Shown piece after piece: positions 34,392 through 43,843 of a DNA stretch of 51,323 bases. The translations under genes and the position numbers were made by a program. Within the stretch, counting starts at the first letter, position 1. Every line of letters starts with the position of its first letter. This DNA comes from a virus (Duplodnaviria; Caudoviricetes): IMG/VR virus record IMGVR_UViG_3300022542_000213, positions 1-51,323 of that record; one strand, 5' to 3'. The notes under the pieces are model-generated. The model saw nothing but the letters and a program-made list of their open reading frames with translations. It had not been told where the DNA came from and made no database searches.

Positions 34392-34501
34392 TGTATTTCC
34401 CCCTTTTAAAGAACTATATAAATTAACCTGTTTAATTTACTCCATGTCGCCCACCTCATTTATCTAGTTACTTCCTAGTTAAGATAAGCGATAGCAATAA
34501 A

Positions 34502-34744
34502 CTATCTAATGTTTGGATCACAATCTGCTATAAACATATTCCAAGCATCTTGACTATATGGGTTACCTTGATAATAATAATCACCTGCAACCTCTACAAT
34601 ACAGTTACTTGTTTCCTCTAACTTATCAATATAATAACTAGATGTTGCAATCTTCCATATTCCAACCCCCATTAAGAATATAATCGCCCCTATACCTAAA
34701 TACATAAATATAAATGTTAGAACCTCCTGTGTTGTTTTTAACAT
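34502..34744 (-). CDS. Small membrane protein
   Basis: N-terminal TM helix, first gene of the minus arm. Confidence 0.6.
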   Translation of the reverse strand: MLKTTQEVLTFIFMYLGIGAIIFLMGVGIWKIATSSYYIDKLEETSNCIVEVAGDYYYQGNPYSQDAWNMFIADCDPNIR

Positions 34745-34776
34745 AACTTTAAATGAACTAAACTTTTAATATCTAT

Positions 34777-34820
34777 ATAATAGCATAAGACTAAATCAAT
34801 GCAATAGCACATGGGGATAA
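34777..34820 (-). promoter_or_regulatory. Promoter with DnaA-box variant
   Basis: TTATCCCCA-7-TTGCAT-16-(TG.)TATTAT. Confidence 0.6.
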
Positions 34821-34899
34821 CTCTTTGGATTATCCAAGAACTAACCCCATAATACAGGTATATTGACCCCTCTAATCATTTAAACACCCTTTAAAAGCT

Positions 34900-35400
34900 A
34901 ATTTCAAGGCTCACAAATCGCCCCAAACCCACTAAAACACCTATATAGAGGATAAAGGCTAATAACTAGCATATAACTAACTGAATACACCGCCCCCAAC
35001 TAACTAACCCTCTATACTACCACTAACTACTACCTATCACTACATACATAAAAAGAATACACTATAAGCCAGTCAATAAGTCCGCCCCCTACCCTAAGCC
35101 CCTACTATACATAGAGTATAAGACTACTATCACATACACACTAGACACTAGCACCACACACGCTTGATATAGCACACACTGTTAATATAGCCCCATGGTA
35201 TTGATATAGTATCTACCACCCTCCCCCCACATAGAACTAAAAGAAAAAGAAGTGTTGTTATTATAGGCTCTATACTGTATATATGTATATGTATAGGCAT
35301 AACTAAAGGGCGGGGGGTACGGAGGACAATGGGAACCGTAATATATATATACCCATCATCAACTATTCACAATATATTATATAACGTAATACAATTATAT
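34900..35400. other. Strand-skewed non-coding region, candidate packaging/terminus or origin
   Basis: C/A-rich plus strand with poly-C runs switching to a G-run at 35308-35317, directly upstream of terminase. Confidence 0.4.
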
Positions 35401-35420
35401 ATATTATACTACTATATGTC

Positions 35421-35449
35421 TTGCAATTATATATATTATATGTTATAAT
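35421..35449 (+). promoter_or_regulatory. Sigma70-type promoter for terminase genes
   Basis: TTGCAA-17-(TG.)TATAAT. Confidence 0.75.
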
Positions 35450-35475
35450 GTAAAAAATAACCCGCGATTAGACAT

Positions 35476-36036
35476 ATGAAACTAAGTATTGAACAAAAGA
35501 TAGGATTATTTAGAATGTTAGCATCTAAGCCTCTATATGAGGTTGGTTTAGAATATGGCTTTGATAAGCACTATAAGGATAGTAAAGCTGTTAAAGGGGC
35601 AGTATATCGAATATATGCTGATATGAAGAATAATCCAGAGAAATATCATATTGAACAAGATATGCTTACTTTAGTAGTAGATGCTGTATCTGCACGTAAG
35701 GTAGCACATAGGAAACAAGATATCTCCTTGAAAGAGAAAACAGATGTACCTATGGAGATAAAGGATGTTATCCTATCTAATAGGGATAAGGCTGCGGCTT
35801 TGGTTAGTAAGAAGTTAGATATGATTGGAAAGAGTAGAAAACAGTTAGAATCAATATCTTTACCACAATTAACTACTGCTATGGCTATTCTCTTTGATAA
35901 AGGACAATTAATACAAGGAGAGGCTACTGAGCATATAGCTCATCTTGCTAAGATAGATGAAGGTATGACTCCACAAGAATTACTCGATGCCGTAGTCGGA
36001 CAACGAGAAAAGACTATTATAGATAAGAATAAGTAA
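35476..36036 (+). CDS. terS: Putative terminase small subunit
   Basis: Helical protein with AILFDKGQLIQGEATE motif, upstream of terL. Confidence 0.6.
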   Translation: MKLSIEQKIGLFRMLASKPLYEVGLEYGFDKHYKDSKAVKGAVYRIYADMKNNPEKYHIEQDMLTLVVDAVSARKVAHRKQDISLKEKTDVPMEIKDVILSNRDKAAALVSKKLDMIGKSRKQLESISLPQLTTAMAILFDKGQLIQGEATEHIAHLAKIDEGMTPQELLDAVVGQREKTIIDKNK

Positions 36037-36420
36037 ATGATACTAAAAATCGACCAAAAAGTTTATCCAGTAGATATAATATTTGCATGTGATGAATCAC
36101 CAACTAGAGTTAATAACTGGTTTAAAAAGAATTATGGTATAAATGAATATGACTTTAGCTTACAAGCTACAGGAGAACATATTTTTCTATCATCTGAAAG
36201 AGAAAATAAGAATCTATCTTTTATACAAATAGGTAGTTTTAAAAGAAATAATGTTAGAGATATGCAAATTCTAGTTCATGAGATATATCATTCTGTTATC
36301 TCTGTTGGAGATCATTTAGGATTTCGTGATGAAATAGGAAGCAGTGAAGCTGGTGCATATCTTTATGATTGTATCTTAGGAACTATACTCGAAAAGTTAT
36401 GGATGAAAAAGAAAAAATAG
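36037..36420 (+). CDS. Hypothetical protein with HExxH metallopeptidase-like motif
   Basis: LVHEIYH...EAGAYL. Confidence 0.65.
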   Translation: MILKIDQKVYPVDIIFACDESPTRVNNWFKKNYGINEYDFSLQATGEHIFLSSERENKNLSFIQIGSFKRNNVRDMQILVHEIYHSVISVGDHLGFRDEIGSSEAGAYLYDCILGTILEKLWMKKKK

Positions 36421-38090
36421 ACCAAGAAACTAAATTAAGTCTCTTAAATAGAAAGGAGAACGAAAGAAAGAAGAGAGTACTTGATGAGTATATAAATAGT
36501 GAAGAATATCAATCTAAGCTTCTAATGAGAGCTAAGCTTTTTGATGCTACCAAAACAGGTAGAAAAGACTTTCTTTTGTCTAGAGCCAGACTATATGAGT
36601 TATGTAAAGGTATACAAGAAGATGGTTCTTATGATCCAGCAGCAGGTTGTATATTCTTTATAAATAACTTTGGATGGACATATGCTCCTAAATTAGTTAC
36701 CAGTAGTAGTAAATCTAAACATCTTCCTTTTATATTATTTGGATTCCAAGAAGATGCTATTAGATGGTTTATTGAAAGAATAGAGAGTGGTGAAGATGCC
36801 TTTGCTGAGAAGTCTCGAGATATGGGAGCTTCTTGGATTCTCTTTGCTTATGTATCATTATGGTATTGGTTATTTGTAGAAGGTACAAGTATCCTTATGG
36901 GTTCTTATAAAGAAGTTCTTGTTGATGATGGTACACCAGCTTCTTTGTTTGGTAAGGTTCATTATGCAATAGAATCATTACCAAAATGGTTAATACCTAA
37001 AGGATATAATCCAAAAAAGCATAGAACCAAACTTAAAATAATTAGACCTGATAATGGTAATGTTATTCAAGGAGATACAATGAACCCTAACTTTGGTCGT
37101 GGTGCTAGGCATACAGCTATTTTATTTGATGAATTAGGATTCTGGGATTATGCTAAAGATGCTTGGGAAGGTTGTGCTGACTCTACAAACTGTAGATTAG
37201 CTAACTCAACTCCTAATGGTTATAACTACTATGCTATGCTTAGAGAAATGCCTATTAGTATTCATACTATGCACTGGAAAGAACATCCACTTAAAGATGA
37301 TGATTGGTATGAATATGAAAAGTATACTCGTACTCCAGAGTCTCTTGCTCAAGAAGTGGATATATCCTATTCTAAATCTCTAGAAGGTAAAGTATATCCT
37401 GATTGGAATGAAGTTAATATTGAACAAGGTATCTTTGAATATGACCCATTACTACCATTATATGTAGGATGGGACTTTGGTAAGACTGATGATACAGCTA
37501 TGATATGGTGTCAACCTAACAGAGGTAAATTAAGAATTATTGATACATATAGAAATGCTGCTAAGACTATTGATTTCTATGTTCCTTTTGTAACTGGATA
37601 TGTTTCTTCTGAGAATCATCTCTATACACCAAAAGACTTAGAAAAGATTGATAGACATAAACAATGGAAGAAAGGAACTCACTTTGGTGACCCAGCAGGA
37701 AGATTTCAAAATAATGTTGTAGACCAAACAGTAGTTGACGTATTAAGAGATAATGGTATAATAATTAACTTCCAAGATAAGTGGAAATACTTTAAAGCTA
37801 GAAAGGAAGCTACACGTCATTTAATATTAAACGGTATTGAACTTAATATTAACTCTGATACCAAGTGGTTTAACACATGTATGATGCAAGCAGCTTATCC
37901 AAAAGTAAAAAGAGAAGGAGTTGATTTTACTAATTCAGAGAAACCTAAACATGACTTTACATCTCACTATAGATCAGCATTTGAATATCTTGCTTTAGGA
38001 TTAAGAGATATGGGTAGACGAAGAGTAAAGCCAGTAGATAAGTTTCCAAAAGAAGGTCGTTTTAAAAGAGGTAGAGTAATAGGATATTAA
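36399..38090 (+). CDS. terL: Terminase large subunit
   Basis: Walker A EKSRDMGASW, Walker B ILFDE, NSTPNG, nuclease GWDFG..DDTA, DPAG; ATG 36399. Confidence 0.93.
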   Translation: MDEKEKIDQETKLSLLNRKENERKKRVLDEYINSEEYQSKLLMRAKLFDATKTGRKDFLLSRARLYELCKGIQEDGSYDPAAGCIFFINNFGWTYAPKLVTSSSKSKHLPFILFGFQEDAIRWFIERIESGEDAFAEKSRDMGASWILFAYVSLWYWLFVEGTSILMGSYKEVLVDDGTPASLFGKVHYAIESLPKWLIPKGYNPKKHRTKLKIIRPDNGNVIQGDTMNPNFGRGARHTAILFDELGFWDYAKDAWEGCADSTNCRLANSTPNGYNYYAMLREMPISIHTMHWKEHPLKDDDWYEYEKYTRTPESLAQEVDISYSKSLEGKVYPDWNEVNIEQGIFEYDPLLPLYVGWDFGKTDDTAMIWCQPNRGKLRIIDTYRNAAKTIDFYVPFVTGYVSSENHLYTPKDLEKIDRHKQWKKGTHFGDPAGRFQNNVVDQTVVDVLRDNGIIINFQDKWKYFKARKEATRHLILNGIELNINSDTKWFNTCMMQAAYPKVKREGVDFTNSEKPKHDFTSHYRSAFEYLALGLRDMGRRRVKPVDKFPKEGRFKRGRVIGY

Positions 38091-38092
38091 AT

Positions 38093-38239
38093 ATGAAATC
38101 ATTTAGAATTACAAAGATTATATATGCAAAAGATATACAAGATGCTTTAAAGAAAGAAGATAAGGCAGAATTGGTCGATATTGAATTAACAGATGAAGTT
38201 GATGAACCAGAAAAAGTAATTGTTGGTTTTGGAAAATAA
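38093..38239 (+). CDS. 48-aa hypothetical protein
   Basis: MKSFRITKIIYAKDIQDALKKED...VGFGK*, TAATG overlap with next gene. Confidence 0.6.
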   Translation: MKSFRITKIIYAKDIQDALKKEDKAELVDIELTDEVDEPEKVIVGFGK

Positions 38240-38625
38240 TGTTTAGAGAAGCCTATGAAGAGGAAGGGAGTTTGTGGTTTAGAAGATTCCTAAAAGATTG
38301 TAAAAGAATTAGCCCTTATATTAGGGTTAAGAGAATTCGTAATGGATTCTTTAGAGTTTATTATAAACAAGCTTATATACATGAAGTATATAAAGAAATG
38401 CCGCAGAATGGTTATGATCATACAGATAATGATGCTAGATTTGAAAAGAAATCATTTTGGGAAAGTAAAGAAGACAAGGCAGATTTAACAAGACAATTAA
38501 AAAACTTCGTTGAAGGATATTGGGATTCCTTAGACGCAGTACAAACAAGAGTATATATGTTTAGACATGATGATGAAATGTATAAGAATGCAGTTAATGC
38601 TTATAAGACTGTAGTCATACGTTAA
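38239..38625 (+). CDS. Hypothetical protein
   Basis: 128-aa ORF between terL and portal. Confidence 0.65.
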   Translation: MFREAYEEEGSLWFRRFLKDCKRISPYIRVKRIRNGFFRVYYKQAYIHEVYKEMPQNGYDHTDNDARFEKKSFWESKEDKADLTRQLKNFVEGYWDSLDAVQTRVYMFRHDDEMYKNAVNAYKTVVIR

Positions 38626-38628
38626 CAG

Positions 38629-38657
38629 TTGCATTATTTTAATATGTGTGCTATAAT
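38629..38657 (+). promoter_or_regulatory. Sigma70-type promoter for portal
   Basis: TTGCAT-17-(TG.)TATAAT. Confidence 0.75.
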
Positions 38658-38685
38658 ACGAACAAATTAAAAACTATAGTTTAAT

Positions 38686-40725
38686 ATGACAAAAAAAGAT
38701 ACTTTAGAGAAATTTGAACTTACTGAGAAAGAAAAAGAGAATGTTGCTTTATACCAACCTACTGATGAAGAGGTTGCAGTTCTTACTGACATAAGACAAA
38801 AATTTACTGATGCTGAAACTGTTCGTAATAGTAATTATGAATATTTTGATGGTAGAAAATTAAAAGAATATATTGAAGATTCAGTACGTAGATTTACTAC
38901 AAACATTGATGAAAGAGAAGATTTAGAAGATTGGCAGGCTAGAGTCAATGATGGATTTACAAGAAACAAAGTACTTGCTATTTTAGGTAAGGTTGTTTCT
39001 GTATTGCCTATTGCTCAGTTTACTGGTAGAGGAGATGAAGATATTAGGAAAGGTATTATTCTTTCTAACCTTTATGAATACTCAGAAGATGTAGATGATT
39101 ATGAAGAGTTTATGACTAACTATCTTCTAGAAGCTATTGTTAAAGGAACAGCTATTGGATATGAAAATGTAGATATTAAATCACGAGATATTAGAAATGT
39201 CAAGGGATCTAATGATAATATTACTATAACTAAAGATGTAGAAAAGAAGACAAGACTTAAAGCTTCTATTGTACCACTAGAGGATTTCTATCCTTCATCA
39301 CTTGGTATCAGAAGAATTAAAGATATGCCATGGTGTTTCTGGAGAACTGAAATTTCATATTCAGAATTCGTACAGAATTGGGATATGTATGAAAGGTCAA
39401 ATCTAGTTCAACCACATGTTGTTTCGTATGGATCAGAACAAGAAAGACCCTTTTACAGAGACTATGTAACTAATAATACGAAAGAAGGTAATGTTGAAAT
39501 TCTAAGATTTTATGATAGAGAACATGACCAATATACAATTATTGCTAATGGTGTTTGGTTAAATCCATTAAAAAATAAAGATACTATGATTGTTAGTCCA
39601 TTACCATGGAATCATAAAGAACTTCCATTCTTTGATGTAAGATTTGATTTCTTTGGTGCTGATTTCTTTTATGGTAAATCACTACCTGATAGACTAAAAG
39701 CTATGCAGGATGTATTGAATGTGTTGACTAATATGCTATTAGATCAATCATTCTTAACTATTTTCCCACCAATGCTTGTAGCAGGATTCGATGATATAGA
39801 AGAAGACTATATGAGACCTGGTAGGAGAATACCTATTGATACACAAGGACAACCACTATCTCAATCATTTATGAAGTTAGATCCTGGTACTCCATCAGGA
39901 TGGCATCAGTTTATTCTTGGATATACACGTAAGGTTATGGAAGAAGCTTCTATTGACCAAGTGTCTTCTGGGAATGCTGGTGTAGGAGAAAGAACTACTG
40001 CTCAAGAAATTAGGGTTGCTGCAGAAGGTGTAGCATCTACTCTAGGACTATTTGGTAGAATGATTAATTTTGGATTAAAAAGAAAAGCTCTTATGAGAGG
40101 AGCTAATATTTTACAATTTTGGACAGATCCAAAGAATCCTGTTATAACCCAAGTTATGGGAGCAGGTTCTCAAAAAGATGTTAATAAAGCCTTTAATACA
40201 TTTAAGATTGGAAATGCTGTATTAACAAATGGTAAGAGAGGAACTAAGATTATTGAGATGTTTGCTGATAAGAAAGATATTCCAAATAAGAAAGTACAAG
40301 AAGCAAGAAGTCAAATCTTAACAGCAGAACAGAATGCTGATGTAGAACTAGATGCAGTATTACCACAATACTTAAGAGACTTTTCTCATGATATTAAGTT
40401 AGTATTGAATCCAAAGAGTGAAGGTTCTAAAGAAGTGGAAAAAGCTCTACAACTAGAGAAGGTTAGAGTATATCTAAGTTTCTTCCCAGAAATGGTCGAC
40501 AAAACAGAATTACTAGCACAGACTGCAGAAAAGATGGGAGATGACCCAACTAAGATTATGAAACCAGAGATTCTTGAAGAAGCAATCAATCCAGAAAATA
40601 AAGAAGCTGAAACTCCTCTTGGTCAAGATCCAACACAGAATACAGCTAATAATATTGCTAGAAGTGCTAAAGGAGGTGAAGGTGCTGCAGACCTAGGACA
40701 AATGGCAGCTTCATTACAAGGATAA
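38686..40725 (+). CDS. Portal protein (P22-like)
   Basis: 679 aa after terL; FYGKSLPDRLKAMQDVLN and RTTAQEI segments typical of this portal class. Confidence 0.85.
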   Translation: MTKKDTLEKFELTEKEKENVALYQPTDEEVAVLTDIRQKFTDAETVRNSNYEYFDGRKLKEYIEDSVRRFTTNIDEREDLEDWQARVNDGFTRNKVLAILGKVVSVLPIAQFTGRGDEDIRKGIILSNLYEYSEDVDDYEEFMTNYLLEAIVKGTAIGYENVDIKSRDIRNVKGSNDNITITKDVEKKTRLKASIVPLEDFYPSSLGIRRIKDMPWCFWRTEISYSEFVQNWDMYERSNLVQPHVVSYGSEQERPFYRDYVTNNTKEGNVEILRFYDREHDQYTIIANGVWLNPLKNKDTMIVSPLPWNHKELPFFDVRFDFFGADFFYGKSLPDRLKAMQDVLNVLTNMLLDQSFLTIFPPMLVAGFDDIEEDYMRPGRRIPIDTQGQPLSQSFMKLDPGTPSGWHQFILGYTRKVMEEASIDQVSSGNAGVGERTTAQEIRVAAEGVASTLGLFGRMINFGLKRKALMRGANILQFWTDPKNPVITQVMGAGSQKDVNKAFNTFKIGNAVLTNGKRGTKIIEMFADKKDIPNKKVQEARSQILTAEQNADVELDAVLPQYLRDFSHDIKLVLNPKSEGSKEVEKALQLEKVRVYLSFFPEMVDKTELLAQTAEKMGDDPTKIMKPEILEEAINPENKEAETPLGQDPTQNTANNIARSAKGGEGAADLGQMAASLQG

Positions 40726-40726
40726 T

Positions 40727-41029
40727 ATGGAAAATATAACAACCGAACAATTAGAACAAGAACTATTAATTAGATACAATTCTTTAGAAGAAACTAATAT
40801 AGATAAGAAAGAAGAAGATTTCATCTATAAGAAGTTAAAACAGATTGATGGTTTAAGTCAATACTTGACAAGAGTAGCTAATCAAGATGTAGTAAAATAC
40901 TTCTCAGCTACTACGGATGAACAGAGAGCTTTATTGAAAGGCTCATTTGCTAGAACTTTGTATATTAAAAACAAACTAAAAGATAAGAAGACATCTACTA
41001 AATTAGAAATTGGTAGATATGCAAAGTAA
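40727..41029 (+). CDS. Small helical head-assembly-associated protein
   Basis: 100 aa immediately after portal. Confidence 0.55.
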   Translation: MENITTEQLEQELLIRYNSLEETNIDKKEEDFIYKKLKQIDGLSQYLTRVANQDVVKYFSATTDEQRALLKGSFARTLYIKNKLKDKKTSTKLEIGRYAK

Positions 41030-41030
41030 T

Positions 41031-41059
41031 TTGCTTTTTATTAATTAGTATGTTATAAT
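41031..41059 (+). promoter_or_regulatory. Sigma70-type promoter for scaffold/capsid operon
   Basis: TTGCTT-17-(TG.)TATAAT. Confidence 0.75.
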
Positions 41060-41080
41060 AGCAAAAAGGATTAATTAGAT

Positions 41081-41250
41081 TAGTCCGTGTAGGGTATAGA
41101 GCACTTCGGTGCGAGGTCGGTACTATATCTTACACAGACTACTTTAAGTAGTCCATATAGTGTTGCAACTAGAGGACTCAACCTCACTAAGATCGAGTGG
41201 ACTCAACCACATTAAAAAGGGAGATTTTTATTAAAAAGGGAAGTTAAAAA
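41081..41250 (+). promoter_or_regulatory. Structured 5' leader of scaffold gene
   Basis: Long stem with GCAC-UUCG-GUGC, two hairpins with identical GG-ACUCAA-CC tops, two TTAAAAAGGGA repeats. Confidence 0.7.
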
Positions 41251-41259
41251 ATAAACATT

Positions 41260-41970
41260 ATGACAGATTCAAAACAGAATCCTGAAGTGAATCCAGGCGA
41301 CGAGGGGGAAGTCGTAACTCTTTCAAAGGAAGAGCACAATAAATTAGTCGAAGAAAATGCTAATTTAACCCAAGACAAGAGTAATCTTGTTGGCGAAATT
41401 ACTGAATTGCGTGAAAAAAAGCAACTCACTGAGGACGAAAAAGCAGAGTTAACTACAAAAGTTGAAGAACTTGAGAAAAGCGGAGACGCTGGAACTAAAG
41501 TCGAAACTGATGAAGTTAAGACTGTAGCGGAAGAAGTTGTAAGTAAAATTCTTTCACAGAATGAAGCTAAGATTCGTAAAGAAACTTTGCAGAAAGCTAT
41601 GGATAAATTTGTACAAGAGAACCCGCAATTCTCGAAAGAGAATGATGAAGGTGGACTTAAAAAGTCTGCATTCGATAAGAAGTTAACTATGTTTAACTTA
41701 GACAATTTGAAAACTGAAGATGAATTTCTTATAGCTTTCAAAGATGCTAATAGCTTGTTAGGTGGTAAACCAGTTGAAGAGCAACCAGAGAATAATATTC
41801 CTGCTGCTACAGATACAGGAAATGCCCCTGACCCAATTGATATACATGAATTATCTGCTAAAGAAGTAAAGATCGTAAATGACTTTATGGAAGGTGATAA
41901 GGAAAAGTATATTAAGATAAAAGCTAAGCGTCCTGACTATGTTGCTAGTTTACTTCGTAATATTTATTAA
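41260..41970 (+). CDS. Capsid scaffolding protein
   Basis: Acidic coiled coil between portal and capsid genes. Confidence 0.75.
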   Translation: MTDSKQNPEVNPGDEGEVVTLSKEEHNKLVEENANLTQDKSNLVGEITELREKKQLTEDEKAELTTKVEELEKSGDAGTKVETDEVKTVAEEVVSKILSQNEAKIRKETLQKAMDKFVQENPQFSKENDEGGLKKSAFDKKLTMFNLDNLKTEDEFLIAFKDANSLLGGKPVEEQPENNIPAATDTGNAPDPIDIHELSAKEVKIVNDFMEGDKEKYIKIKAKRPDYVASLLRNIY

Positions 41971-41992
41971 CAATTTTATTTAGATATACATT

Positions 41993-42511
41993 ATGAGCTT
42001 TACAAAAGCAGGTAGTCTAGACTCACAAGGAGCACCAGTAATGAGAAATAGTATTATTACTAACTCAGTTGCCCTAGTTGTTTCAGACTCCGTAAAAAAC
42101 GTAAGTGGTTTCCTAGCTTTAGGAACTGCTGGAGTTGCTGTATTTGGTCATGTGGATTCTATTGTAACATTTAAGGACACAGGTATGGAAACTACAGGTG
42201 TTGCTGGTTCAGAGAGTGGGAGTTATGTAGGTGCTTTTACAGCAGCTTCAGACAACCAAACTGTTGCTAAGGTAAGTGGAAAATGTGATATTTCACAAGA
42301 AACACTTTACTCAGCAGAACTAGACGCTACTATCGGTACTACAACAGGTTCAAACCTATTGAATTACAGATTAGACCTTATTGATGAAGATACTCTTGAT
42401 GAGTCTTCAGCAGTTACAACTACAGCTCAGTATTATAACTGGGGAGTAGATCCACTAAATTCAGCACGAATCATAGTGAGCATATTTGAATCAGAAGTAT
42501 TTAACACATAA
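41993..42511 (+). CDS. Capsid cement/decoration protein
   Basis: Small Gly/Ala/Thr-rich beta protein directly before the major capsid gene. Confidence 0.65.
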   Translation: MSFTKAGSLDSQGAPVMRNSIITNSVALVVSDSVKNVSGFLALGTAGVAVFGHVDSIVTFKDTGMETTGVAGSESGSYVGAFTAASDNQTVAKVSGKCDISQETLYSAELDATIGTTTGSNLLNYRLDLIDEDTLDESSAVTTTAQYYNWGVDPLNSARIIVSIFESEVFNT

Positions 42512-42517
42512 TAAACT

Positions 42518-43474
42518 ATGGAATCTAGAGGAACATGGACAGACCTTATCCCAGACGTAGGACTTAAAATCTCCGATGTCTTCGATCAAGGTGATGATCT
42601 ATATACACCAGGTATCCTGAGTCTACTTAATGTTAATAGTGGTTCAGGTGCTCAAAAAAACTTCACTGGTAAGACAGGTTTTGGAGAAATCTCAAAATTT
42701 GCTGAAGGTGACAACATTCCAGAAATTACACGTTACAAAACTTATACTACTAAAGTTATTTATAATAACTATGGTGGATCAGTTAAAGTAACTAAGAATA
42801 ATATTGAAGATAGAGACTTCAACACTCAGTTAAATGAGATGAAAGATATGTCTCGATCTACAAATTATGCTGTAGACAAGGCTGGAATGCAATTATTCAA
42901 TGGAGGTTTTGCCACAACTGTTAACGTTAGCGGTTATGACATGACTTGGTACAACGATGGTGTACCACAATTCTCTACTATACATCCAACAGTAGTACCA
43001 GGAGGTAGCACACAATCAAATGCTTCATCTACAAGTATCATTTTGTCTCACGACAATTATGAAACTGCTAGATTAGCACTTGCATTGCAGCAAACTGACA
43101 ATGGTCTAGCTTTGACAATGGCTGGAAAGAACACTTTAGTTCTTCCTATCGCATTGGAAAAGAAAGCTATGGAAACAATAGGATCAGAATTGACTCCAGA
43201 AAGTGCAAATAATGCACTTAACTTCTTCAGAGGTTCAACTGATATTGTTACATCCAAGTTCTTGGATAGTAATTCTTCAGTAGCATGGTATTTGATTTCC
43301 CAAGGAGATCATATGCTATCATATGACACTCGACAAGAGAAGAGACTAGAACAGGATACTGATATCCTTTCTAAGACTGTAACCTTTACAGTTGATGCTC
43401 GATGGGCTAACGCTTCATTGGACTTCAGAGGTACATGGGGGTCTAAGGGAACTAACGCAGATTACTCAAGCTAA
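42518..43474 (+). CDS. Major capsid protein (HK97 fold, Mu gpT-like)
   Basis: GFGEI...EG, VTKNNIEDRDF, DGVPQFSTIHP, LVLP..LE, AWYL, DFRG.WGS.G. Confidence 0.85.
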   Translation: MESRGTWTDLIPDVGLKISDVFDQGDDLYTPGILSLLNVNSGSGAQKNFTGKTGFGEISKFAEGDNIPEITRYKTYTTKVIYNNYGGSVKVTKNNIEDRDFNTQLNEMKDMSRSTNYAVDKAGMQLFNGGFATTVNVSGYDMTWYNDGVPQFSTIHPTVVPGGSTQSNASSTSIILSHDNYETARLALALQQTDNGLALTMAGKNTLVLPIALEKKAMETIGSELTPESANNALNFFRGSTDIVTSKFLDSNSSVAWYLISQGDHMLSYDTRQEKRLEQDTDILSKTVTFTVDARWANASLDFRGTWGSKGTNADYSS

Positions 43475-43567
43475 GTTAATATCCTATCGTCAACGTTTGT
43501 GGAGTACGTTAAACTCCACCTCGCTATTATTAAAAACTCTAATCTCCGAGTTTTAATCTACAGAGGA

Positions 43568-43843
43568 ATGAGATACAATATTTACAAAAAACATTCTACT
43601 CGACATGAAAGATTATTCTATGAAGTGCTTAAAGAGATGAAAATTCCCTTCAAGCACAGATGGATAATCCATGGAAAAGAGATAGACTTTGTTATAGGAG
43701 AATATGCAATAGAAATAGATGGGCACGAACAGGATACTGATAAGAATGAATTTTTAATCAATCATGGATATATCCCTATTCACTTACATAATTCAGAGAT
43801 AACAAAAAAGAATATTATAAAACTAATTAAACAATTATGTTAA
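43568..43843 (+). CDS. DUF559/Vsr-like endonuclease
   Basis: ST..E...Y..L, EIDF, AIEIDGH, L...GY; ATG 43568. Confidence 0.75.
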   Translation: MRYNIYKKHSTRHERLFYEVLKEMKIPFKHRWIIHGKEIDFVIGEYAIEIDGHEQDTDKNEFLINHGYIPIHLHNSEITKKNIIKLIKQLC

